This document shows positions 7,848 through 16,734 of a DNA stretch of 24,591 nt, piece after piece. This DNA comes from Promethearchaeota archaeon. Its GTDB lineage: Archaea > Asgardarchaeota > Lokiarchaeia > Sigyniarchaeales > SOKP01. The stretch is from contig JBHLOI010000046.1 of NCBI GenBank assembly GCA_048940645.1, positions 1 to 24,591 of the forward strand, read 5' to 3'. Each line of letters begins with the position of its first letter. Position 1 is the first letter of the stretch. The notes under the pieces are model-generated. The model did no database searches and was not told where the DNA came from. It worked only from the letters and a program-made list of their open reading frames with translations. Made by a program: the position numbers and the translations under genes.

Positions 7848-9989
7848 TTAGTTATCTTTTTCAACTAAATCATAAGCTGATGTAAATAGTGCCTTTTTAA
7901 CTTTCTTTTTCTTTGATTTGAAATCCACTGAAGATTTCTGATATACATTTTCGTTTAATTCCGATATAAATTGAGAAACTTTTACAAGTTGAGATTCTCT
8001 AAACGTTTGAATAATAGATGGAGATATAAGATATAACTCATCTTTTGCTCTAGTGATTGCTACATAAAATACACGTCTTTCCTCTTCAATGGCTTCTGGG
8101 TCTCCTATTACTCGACTTGAAGGAAATAAATTTTCACATAACATAGGAATAAATATAATTCGCCATTCAAGACCTTTAGCCCTGTGTATTGTTGATAAGA
8201 TCAAGGGTTTCTCATCACTTTGTAGGTCTCCAGCAATTATGGTCTTAGATTCTAAATTAGAGTAATTCAAACTTAAATTTTCTAAGAATTTTCGAACAGA
8301 TGGAAAATTTTTAGCATATATGCTTAATTGGTTTAGATCATCCATCCTATCTTGCCAATTTTCAAATTTTGCTTTAATATGATCTTCAAGAATGGGAATA
8401 AGATCCTTAATAGCCTCATCAGCTTTATCTTCAGGTGAAAAGGATAAAAGATTTTTAGTATAGGATACAAGATTTTTTATACCCACTTTAGAGATTTTTG
8501 AACCCTTAAGATTTGCCTCAATAAAAGATTTACTTGATATGTTATGAATCGGATTCTCTGTCTTAGAAATTGCTTCAAATAATTTAATCGCCGATTTAGT
8601 TCCAATTCCAGGAATTATTGAAAATATTCTCATCCAGGAGATCTCATCATAATAATTTTCTATTATCTTTAAATGAGCTAGCATATCTTTAATATGTGCT
8701 TTTTCAAAAAAAGCAACTCCTGCTCGTACTTCATAAGGAATATTTTTCGCTCTTAATTCCATCTCAACTCTTAATGAATGAGAACCAGCCCTAATCAGTA
8801 TTGCCATTTCATTTAATTCATATCCATCTGATCGTAATTTAAGGATTTGATTGGCTATAAACCGTGCTTGATCCCAATCATCACCTACATTTACTTGATA
8901 GGGTTTAATGCTATTATTTCGTGTTGCTTTCATTTTCTTTTGATATTGTTTTTTATTGTGTTTGATCGAGTTATTAGCTAATTCCAGAATTTGAGGTATG
9001 CTACGATAATTATAAGTAATCGTGTATCGTATACAGTTCTTATATTGCCTTTCAAATTTTAAGATATTTTCATAATTAGCACCCCTAAAGGCATAAATGC
9101 TTTGAGCATCATCTCCAACAGCCATTACGTTATGTCCTGGATTTTCTTGAGCGATCTTATAAATTATTTGATCTTGAATATAATTTGTGTCTTGGTATTC
9201 ATCTACTAAAATATATTTTATACGTTTTGCAACTAATTTTGCTACAAACCTTTCATCAAGTAACTTACTCCAAAAAACTAATAAATCATCAAAATCAACA
9301 AGATTATCATCTGCTTTTTTCTTTCTATAAATTTTGTAAACTTCTTGTAATTTTAAAATAACCGGTTCACTATCAAATTGACTATATTTCCATTGAATAA
9401 CTTCTCGTATCTTTTTGTTGCAATTTATGGAATATGATAAAATATCTTTACACATTGCGCTAGTGGGAAATCTCTCTTCGAGTTCTTCTTTCACCTTTGC
9501 TTGTCCAATAGCAAGTTTCATTAACCCTTTTGAATCTGTTTCGTCCATAATTATATAATTAGGCTTTAAACCCATCGTTTTTGCATACATTCTAAGAAAT
9601 CTATTAGCTATTGAATGAAATGTCCCTGCCCATATTCCCTTCGGTCTTTTTCCAAGAAGAGATTCTACTCTTTTAATCATTTCATTCGCTGCTTTATTAG
9701 TAAACGTAACTAGCATAATTTGGCTAGGTTTTACTCCTACCAATAGTAATTTAGCGACTGAATAGACAATGGTGCGAGTTTTCCCTGATCCTGCCCCAGC
9801 AATAACCAACATTGGACCTGAGATATTATTTACGACTTTGAGTTGTTCCTCATTTAAATCACTTTCAAAATCAACGTCATTATATTCTTCTTTTTTTTCT
9901 GGAATTTTTTCTTCAAAACTTTCTGCATAATCCTCATCATAAAATTCAAAGACATATTCCTCTGCATTTTTCTTTTCTTCGGAAACCAT
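7848..9989 (-). CDS. uvrD: Superfamily 1A DNA helicase, UvrD/PcrA/Rep family
   Basis: Q motif LNEEQ, AGAGSGKT, TFTNKAA, TFHS, VDEYQDTN, VGDDAQSIYAFRGA, NYRS, STIHRAKGLEW, EERRVFYVAITRAKDEL. Confidence 0.95.
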   Translation of the reverse strand: MVSEEKKNAEEYVFEFYDEDYAESFEEKIPEKKEEYNDVDFESDLNEEQLKVVNNISGPMLVIAGAGSGKTRTIVYSVAKLLLVGVKPSQIMLVTFTNKAANEMIKRVESLLGKRPKGIWAGTFHSIANRFLRMYAKTMGLKPNYIIMDETDSKGLMKLAIGQAKVKEELEERFPTSAMCKDILSYSINCNKKIREVIQWKYSQFDSEPVILKLQEVYKIYRKKKADDNLVDFDDLLVFWSKLLDERFVAKLVAKRIKYILVDEYQDTNYIQDQIIYKIAQENPGHNVMAVGDDAQSIYAFRGANYENILKFERQYKNCIRYTITYNYRSIPQILELANNSIKHNKKQYQKKMKATRNNSIKPYQVNVGDDWDQARFIANQILKLRSDGYELNEMAILIRAGSHSLRVEMELRAKNIPYEVRAGVAFFEKAHIKDMLAHLKIIENYYDEISWMRIFSIIPGIGTKSAIKLFEAISKTENPIHNISSKSFIEANLKGSKISKVGIKNLVSYTKNLLSFSPEDKADEAIKDLIPILEDHIKAKFENWQDRMDDLNQLSIYAKNFPSVRKFLENLSLNYSNLESKTIIAGDLQSDEKPLILSTIHRAKGLEWRIIFIPMLCENLFPSSRVIGDPEAIEEERRVFYVAITRAKDELYLISPSIIQTFRESQLVKVSQFISELNENVYQKSSVDFKSKKKKVKKALFTSAYDLVEKDN

Positions 9990-10068
9990 CTAATCCCACT
10001 GAGATTTATCTCTCTATTTCATAGTATTAAGAACTATAAATATAATTATTGATTATTCCTAAAAATCT

Positions 10069-10896
10069 TTAGGTAAGCAAATATTTTTGAAATTGTAATT
10101 CATCATCTAGGAAATATTTAATATCTTGACTCTTCAGAAATTTTAGATGCTTTAGGATATCGAATAGTAAGAAAGTACCGTAAGTTTTGGAAAATTTCCT
10201 TATGATGAAACCCAAAGGTAAACCAGGGATTTTTAGCGTCCTAGATGTTTTGCATTGATAGGTCACAAATGCATTTAAAAGTCGTATCAAATCATTTTGA
10301 CATTTTAACTTTAAATTTTGATCAGTAAAACGAGCTAATTGAAATCCTTTACTCTTAAATGTATGAAGACGCAATGAATATATAGGATTCCATACAACAC
10401 TTCTCTTAATTGAGGATTTTCTATAATGAATCGTTCCGTATTGGTTCTTCCGTTTTTCATAGTAAGAGGAAAAATTTAATGCATAAATAGGCGCAATGAT
10501 CCTTTCCTTTGCCATATTAATATAATAAACCCTACCATGGTACATACTATGCAATTCCCTTTCTGAAGAAGATATTATGACTCCTTGTTCATTTTTGGGG
10601 ATTCGATAATAATAAGGGCCATTCCCATTTAATATCCAGAGTACAAAAATTCCTTTTTGATTATAATTTCTTGTTCGATTTAATAAGTCCTTTTTATAGA
10701 TCTTTGAATGCTGAATTTCTATAGCAATTTTTTTTCTATCTTCTAATTCCACAAATAAATCAATAATTTGATCTCCTATCCTATGTTCTTGCTCAATAAT
10801 TTTTATTGAATTAACAATCGGGATGTTATCATAAAGGTATTTTTTTATCTTAATATGTTCTACCGATTCAGAGAACTTAATTCCTGTATTATTCAT
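10069..10896 (-). CDS. CoiA-like PD-(D/E)XK-fold nuclease
   Basis: ES-x-x-H-x-x-x-K (ESVEHIKIK), E-x-R-I…I-D-L-F, I-A-I-E-I-Q-H-S, R-T-x-x-Y…G-I-x-V-L-W-I, matching the CoiA nuclease-like domain pattern. Confidence 0.75.
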   Translation of the reverse strand: MNNTGIKFSESVEHIKIKKYLYDNIPIVNSIKIIEQEHRIGDQIIDLFVELEDRKKIAIEIQHSKIYKKDLLNRTRNYNQKGIFVLWILNGNGPYYYRIPKNEQGVIISSSERELHSMYHGRVYYINMAKERIIAPIYALNFSSYYEKRKNQYGTIHYRKSSIKRSVVWNPIYSLRLHTFKSKGFQLARFTDQNLKLKCQNDLIRLLNAFVTYQCKTSRTLKIPGLPLGFIIRKFSKTYGTFLLFDILKHLKFLKSQDIKYFLDDELQFQKYLLT

Positions 10897-11032
10897 TTAA
10901 TCAATTTTATTATAATTTCTATTTTTTAAACTTAGATTTTTTTTTCAAATGTCTAAAATTAGTGAAAAATGAAACAATATTAGTAAAATTAAAATAGCTA
11001 TTGAAAAATAAGTTAATACTAGAGAATTAATA

Positions 11033-11689
11033 TCAAATATTATAGGAAACAATCCAAAAATATTCTAAAAATTTGATTTTAAGATTTTTGGCTTGATTTC
11101 TAAGAATCTCGAGAATTTCTTTCTTAGTAGGAAAATTTTTCACTATTTCATATTCTCGACCATTCTCTAATTTCCTGAATTGATAAGTATTTCCATCAAT
11201 ATCAATTCGGCTTATTGGTGTTGAGCTTCCCTCAACTCTTCGATTATCAAAAAAAATAAGAAGTGCGTCTGGTTGTAATTTTGAATGAAATAATGAGAGG
11301 AAGCTTTTTAATTTGGATTTTAAAATATGAGACCACCAAAAACCAGCAAAACCAGCAGAAAAATTATTCTGAATTTTATTTAATGAGAAAACATCATCTT
11401 GAATAAAATTTACTTTATCTGAAGGTATTCGGCGAGTTTTTGCTATTTGAAGAACTTCTTCATTTATATCAACAGCAGTAGTAAATTTTGCGATTGGTGC
11501 GATAGCTTCAGTCCAATAACCAGTTCCACATGCAATCTCAAGGACCCTATGGCCGCTAAAAGCTTTCTTTAGCAAATCATGAAGCTCTTTAATATCTTTC
11601 TGGCGTTCAGGTCTTAAATAAGTTTTATCATATTCGTAGGCTCTATCTGCATAGTATTTTTCGATGTCCTTCTCAATTTTTCTCGACAT
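11033..11689 (-). CDS. Class I SAM-dependent methyltransferase
   Basis: N-terminal YYADRAYEYD, motif I VLEIACGTGYWT, motif II AVDINEE, FWWSHI. Confidence 0.88.
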   Translation of the reverse strand: MSRKIEKDIEKYYADRAYEYDKTYLRPERQKDIKELHDLLKKAFSGHRVLEIACGTGYWTEAIAPIAKFTTAVDINEEVLQIAKTRRIPSDKVNFIQDDVFSLNKIQNNFSAGFAGFWWSHILKSKLKSFLSLFHSKLQPDALLIFFDNRRVEGSSTPISRIDIDGNTYQFRKLENGREYEIVKNFPTKKEILEILRNQAKNLKIKFLEYFWIVSYNI

Positions 11690-11924
11690 ATATATAATTT
11701 TAGAATGAATATAACTATATATTTAATAGATATTTTTATTTGATACTGAAATAAATAGTTATTTTATTTCTTTTTTTATCTTCTTTTTTATGAACTTTAT
11801 ATATATAGAATATATAGTAATTATTTTAAATTGATCAATTATTTATTTTATATAACTAAACTAATGCAATATTGATATTTAAAATTCTATATAGATGTAA
11901 TATTATAAGATAAGGGTGTTAAAA

Positions 11925-12926
11925 ATGGAATATAATATTGATACAAGACGTGTTCAACAAACAGGAGGATCTTCTTATATTATTAGTCTTCCAAAGGAAT
12001 GGATTGAAAAACATGGCATTGAAGCGAAAGATACTATAGGTGTAATTTCTCAACCTGATGGAAATTTATTAATATCTCCTTATATAAGCTCTCAAGAGTA
12101 TGTAAAGGAGAAAATGATTGATGTAGATGACATAAAAAACACGAATTTCTTATTTCGATTACTAATAGGAGCTTACATTATGGGATACACTATTTTAAAA
12201 ATTAAGACGAGCAAACCTAAGTTTGAATCAAAAGTAAGGGAGTGCGTAGAGAGCTTTATTAACATTGCTATGGGTCCAGAAATCATCGAAGAAACCAATC
12301 AGTACATATTTATTAAAGATTTACTTAATCCTAAAGAAATGCCTTTCGAAAAAACCATCAAACGTATGTATATCTTAGCTCAATCTATGCATGAGGATGC
12401 TGTTAAAGCCTTAGAAACAGGAGATAGAGAATTAGCTAATAAAGTTATCTATAGAGATGACCAAGTAGATAGACTTAATTGGTTGGTTGAACGTCAGTCC
12501 CATATAGTCCTTAGGGATATAATTTTATGTCAAAAAATGAATATTACATTAGAAGATGCGAGTAATTTTCAATTAATAAGTAAATTTTTAGAGCGGATTG
12601 GTGATCACGCAGTTAAAATAGCAAAAAATGTTTTAAAAATAGATTATAAAATCATTGACAAGAAATTATTTAAAAGTATCACAAATGCGAGCAAAATTTC
12701 ATTAGAATTACTCAATATCAGTTTAGATGCATGGCTTCAAAAAGATTTAAGGCTCGCTAATGAAAACATTGAATCAATTAAAAATTTAACAACTGCATGT
12801 GAACAGATTAGTTCAGAAAACAGTACTCAATTCGCTGTTGAAATTGGTTATATTGTTGAAAGTATAAGGAGAACAGGGGAATATTCTGCAGATATATCTG
12901 AAACTATCATAAATAATCTTATCTAA
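11925..12926 (+). CDS. phoU: Phosphate uptake regulator, archaeal AbrB-PhoU fusion
   Basis: AbrB N-terminus RRVQQTGGSSYIISLPKEW; PhoU repeats RDDQVDRL…LERIGDHAVKIA and SIRRTGEYSADISE. ATG 11925 follows a GGGTG RBS (the ORF-track GTG at 11916 lies within the RBS). Confidence 0.9.
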   Translation: MEYNIDTRRVQQTGGSSYIISLPKEWIEKHGIEAKDTIGVISQPDGNLLISPYISSQEYVKEKMIDVDDIKNTNFLFRLLIGAYIMGYTILKIKTSKPKFESKVRECVESFINIAMGPEIIEETNQYIFIKDLLNPKEMPFEKTIKRMYILAQSMHEDAVKALETGDRELANKVIYRDDQVDRLNWLVERQSHIVLRDIILCQKMNITLEDASNFQLISKFLERIGDHAVKIAKNVLKIDYKIIDKKLFKSITNASKISLELLNISLDAWLQKDLRLANENIESIKNLTTACEQISSENSTQFAVEIGYIVESIRRTGEYSADISETIINNLI

Positions 12927-12942
12927 TAATTAGATTGGATTT

Positions 12943-13257
12943 TTATATTTTAAAATCTCTTCTTATACTAATTAAGGTTGTAGTTGCCTCTATCCACTGT
13001 TTTAAATCTTTATCAGATCTACAGAAAGCAACAATCTTTTCTAAATCCTCTAGATTACTGAAACTGCATTCTATCAACAAATCCCATCCTCCATAAGTAG
13101 GAGTTGCATAAGTGATTTTCCAATTTTTGTCAGAACTGCTTGAACTAAATTGTTTTAACTTTTTAATGATATCCCATTGAGTATCAATTATCTTAAGCCG
13201 AACCAGAATATATCCACGATAATAAATTAATTTAACACCTGAATCCTTTAGTTTCAC
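12943..13257 (-). CDS. Stand-alone Lrp/AsnC ligand-binding (RAM) domain protein
   Basis: GYILVRL…TYGGWDLLIE…NLEDLEKIV…IEATTTLIS matches the RAM pattern (YILI…GxYDLI…TxTLI). No HTH. Start uncertain. Confidence 0.65.
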   Translation of the reverse strand: MKLKDSGVKLIYYRGYILVRLKIIDTQWDIIKKLKQFSSSSSDKNWKITYATPTYGGWDLLIECSFSNLEDLEKIVAFCRSDKDLKQWIEATTTLISIRRDFKI

Positions 13258-13420
13258 TTCTTTTCTTTGTTAAATCCCTATGTTTTTTTAAAAATTATTA
13301 AATCCTTTAATATTTTTCAAGCTTTCTATTATAATAGAAATAAAATATAGAATTTTTTTATATAAGTTAGTTAAAGATAAGGAATTATTTTTTAATTTTA
13401 AAACTCAATTTTCTTTTATT

Positions 13421-16400
13421 TTACCAATAAATTTCTTTTAATGATTGATGATATTCGTTGAGAGATTTTATCTCAACCTTTTTCTTACGCAATTTTTCAA
13501 TAGCATTTATAATGGCTTCAGCTAATTCCAAGTTAATTATAACAGGTATATTAAAATCAACAGCCATCCTTCTAATTTTATATTCATCTTCCATAATGGT
13601 TTTAAATTTTTTTTCTACGGTTGTTGGAAGAGGTATATTAATAACCATATCAATGCGACCACCTTGTAAACAACTCATAATATTAGGTTCCATTCCGTAT
13701 TCATGAACCTTATAAAGTCGTACGGCTTCAATTCCATTATTGTTTAGGGCTCTTTTTGTGTCTTCTGTTGCAAAAATAGTAAATCCTAACTCCGTAATTT
13801 TTTTAGCTAGGGGAATAACCTGTCTTTTTAATTGTTCTCCACCAACTGAGATTAAAATATTTCCCCCTTCAACAGGTATTTCTTGTTCTGTTGCTTCTAA
13901 AGCTTTTATTAGTGCTTCGGGGAAATCCTTACCTATACAGGCGATCTCTCCTGTGGAAGCCATTTCAACTCCTAAAATAGGATCTGCTTTATCTAATCTC
14001 ATAAAAGAGAACATTGGAGCTTTGATAGATACAAAATTTCCGTAGGGTAGGTTTTTCAAATTATTAGGAATTGAATTTCCCATGATAATTTCAGCTGCAA
14101 GTTTCATGAGATTAATTCCCCTAGTTTTAGACACATAAGGCATACTTCGGCTAGATCTCAAATTACACTCAATTACAAATACTTCTCCGTTTTTAACCAG
14201 GTATTGAACGTTGAATGGCCCCTGAATTTTAAGAGCGAGCGCAATTTTATGTGTATATTCTTCAATTTTTTTTATTATATTCTCTGAAATGGTTTGAGGC
14301 GGGATTGCCATACTTGCATCACCAGAATGAACACCAGCGTTTTCAATATGCTCAACTATTGCTCCAATAAATACAGTTTCACCATCACAGACCCCATCGC
14401 ATTCAATTTCCCTTGCATTTGTAAAAAATTTTGTTATTACAACAGGATATTCTTTTGATACTGATGCAGCAAGATCAAGGGTATCTTTTAAAGTTTTTTC
14501 ATCATAAGAGACTCTCATAGCAGCGCCACTTAATACGTAAGAAGGTCTTACTAAGACTGGGTATCTTACTACTTTAGCAAAGTTTAACGCTTCTTCATTT
14601 GATGTTAATGCTTTCCATTCTGGTTGTCTTATTTCTAACTGATCTAATAATGCACTGAATTTACTTCTATCTTCTGCCATATCTATCCGTGTTCCATGAG
14701 TGCCAAGAATCTTCAAGTTTGTTTTCCGAAAGAATTCTGAATATTTGGCAAATTTAGCTGCTAAATTGTTAGCAATTTGACCTCCTGCCGAAACGACAAT
14801 ACCTATGGCCTTTTCTAACTCACAAATATCAAGAACTCTCTCACCAGATAATTCTTCAAAATATAATTTATCTGAAACATCATAATCAGTAGAAACCGTT
14901 TCTGGATTATAGTTTATCATAATTGCCTGATCTATTCCTAATTTCTTCAAACCCCACAGACAATTTACTGATCCCCAATCAAATTCTACTGACGCCCCAA
15001 TACGATATGTTCCGGAGCCTAAGACAATTACTTTTTTAAGATTAGACTTATACTCTTGCTCAAAATCGATGTCATGCTCTGAAGCACTATAAGTAAGATA
15101 GAGATAATTTGTTTTTGCTGGCCATTCCGCTGCTAAAGTATCAATCCTTTTTACAAAAGGATGGATATTTAACTTTCTACGCACTTGTCTTATAAAAATA
15201 GTATCTACTCCCATTATTTTAGCAATTTGACCATCTGAGAAGCCAAATCTTTTAGCCTTTTCTAACCAATATTTTTTTTCATCATCACTAGAGTCTAATA
15301 AACTAAGATCTTGTATTTGGCGTTCAATATTAATTATATTGTTTAATTTGTAAAGAAACCATTTATCAACTCTAGCTAAACGATATATCTCTTCTATTGA
15401 AATACCCTTTTTTATAGCCTCTCCGATTCGAAAAAGTCTTAAATCCGTAGGATTTCTTAGTTCATATTTTAATTCATTAATATCCTCAATAGAATCCAAA
15501 TCATTCGCTACAAATCCTTTCATTCCGATATCTAGCATTCTTATAGCTTTTTGGAGAACTTCTTCGAATGTTCTACCTATCGCCATTACTTCACCAACGC
15601 TTTTCATCTGAGATCCAATTCTTCGATCAACTTTCTGAAATTTTGTCATATCCCATCTAGGGATTTTTAGTACTAAATAATCCAATGCTGGTTCAAAGCA
15701 GGCTGTTGTGATACCTGTTATTTTGTTCTTTAATTCTGGTAAAGTATAACCGATAGCTAATTTAGCTGCTATGTATGCTAAAGGATATCCAGTTGCTTTC
15801 GAAGCTAGTGCTGAGGATCTAGAAAGACGGGCATTTACTTCGATCACGCGAAATTCTTTAGAGAAAGGATCTAAAGCATATTGAATATTGCACTCACCAA
15901 TTATTCCTAAACTTCTTATTACGCGTATAGAAGCTGAACGTAGCAGATGATATTCTTCATTTGTTAGTGTTTGAGATGGAGCAATTACAATACTTTCTCC
16001 TGTATGAATACCTACCGGGTCAAAATTTTCCATATTACAGTTGATAAAGCAATTATCAGCTGAATCTCTCACTACTTCATACTCAATTTCCTTCCAACCC
16101 CAAACAGATTCTTCAATAAGTATCTGGTTAATTCTTGATTGAGCTAAGCCCCTTCTCGCCATTCTTTCAAAATCTTTCATATTTTCAACAATTCCTGATC
16201 CTCTCCCTCCCAATGTATAAGCAACTCTAATCATGAGAGGGAAACCAAATACTTTAGCCGCTTTAATAGCGTCTTTATATGAATTAACAGCTTTACTTCT
16301 ACAAACTTTAGCTTCAGCATTAATCATTGCTTGAACAAATAAATCACGATCTTCGGTGGCTTCAATGGCTTCTATTGGAGTTCCTAATACCCTAATATTA

Positions 16401-16732
16401 TATTTATTTAAAAGACCCAATTCTTTTAATTCGACTCCGACATTAAGAGCCGTTTGACCTCCAAAAGCTAATAATATTCCATCAGGTCTTTCTTTATCGA
16501 TCACCTTTTCAACATATTTTATATTAATGGGGAGTAAATATACACGATCAGATAATTCTGGGTCGGTTTGGATCGTTGCTATATTAGGATTAATTAAAAT
16601 AGTCTCAATTCCTTCTTCTTTAAGAGCTTTTAATACTTGGCTGCCAGAGTAATCAAATTCTCCTGCTTGGCCAATACGTATACCCCCAGAACCAAGAACT
16701 AATGCTTTTTTTATTGTTCTATCTAAGGGCAT
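13421..16732 (-). CDS. carB: Carbamoyl-phosphate synthase large subunit
   Basis: IGQAGEFDYSG, two ATP-grasp halves (GIHTGES / GVHSGDA; EVNARLSRSSALASKATGYP), C-terminal MGS-like domain. Confidence 0.98.
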   Translation of the reverse strand: MPLDRTIKKALVLGSGGIRIGQAGEFDYSGSQVLKALKEEGIETILINPNIATIQTDPELSDRVYLLPINIKYVEKVIDKERPDGILLAFGGQTALNVGVELKELGLLNKYNIRVLGTPIEAIEATEDRDLFVQAMINAEAKVCRSKAVNSYKDAIKAAKVFGFPLMIRVAYTLGGRGSGIVENMKDFERMARRGLAQSRINQILIEESVWGWKEIEYEVVRDSADNCFINCNMENFDPVGIHTGESIVIAPSQTLTNEEYHLLRSASIRVIRSLGIIGECNIQYALDPFSKEFRVIEVNARLSRSSALASKATGYPLAYIAAKLAIGYTLPELKNKITGITTACFEPALDYLVLKIPRWDMTKFQKVDRRIGSQMKSVGEVMAIGRTFEEVLQKAIRMLDIGMKGFVANDLDSIEDINELKYELRNPTDLRLFRIGEAIKKGISIEEIYRLARVDKWFLYKLNNIINIERQIQDLSLLDSSDDEKKYWLEKAKRFGFSDGQIAKIMGVDTIFIRQVRRKLNIHPFVKRIDTLAAEWPAKTNYLYLTYSASEHDIDFEQEYKSNLKKVIVLGSGTYRIGASVEFDWGSVNCLWGLKKLGIDQAIMINYNPETVSTDYDVSDKLYFEELSGERVLDICELEKAIGIVVSAGGQIANNLAAKFAKYSEFFRKTNLKILGTHGTRIDMAEDRSKFSALLDQLEIRQPEWKALTSNEEALNFAKVVRYPVLVRPSYVLSGAAMRVSYDEKTLKDTLDLAASVSKEYPVVITKFFTNAREIECDGVCDGETVFIGAIVEHIENAGVHSGDASMAIPPQTISENIIKKIEEYTHKIALALKIQGPFNVQYLVKNGEVFVIECNLRSSRSMPYVSKTRGINLMKLAAEIIMGNSIPNNLKNLPYGNFVSIKAPMFSFMRLDKADPILGVEMASTGEIACIGKDFPEALIKALEATEQEIPVEGGNILISVGGEQLKRQVIPLAKKITELGFTIFATEDTKRALNNNGIEAVRLYKVHEYGMEPNIMSCLQGGRIDMVINIPLPTTVEKKFKTIMEDEYKIRRMAVDFNIPVIINLELAEAIINAIEKLRKKKVEIKSLNEYHQSLKEIYW

Positions 16733-16734
16733 TT

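Noticed and set aside
7848-11689. Methyltransferase + nuclease + helicase as a restriction-modification or Gabija system
   Set aside because: The methyltransferase lacks DNA-MTase catalytic motifs (DPPY/NPPY or PC) and looks like a small-molecule enzyme. The nuclease has no OLD/TOPRIM or ATPase domain.
13458-14045. Two plus-strand ORFs (82 and 101 aa)
   Set aside because: Antisense to carB.
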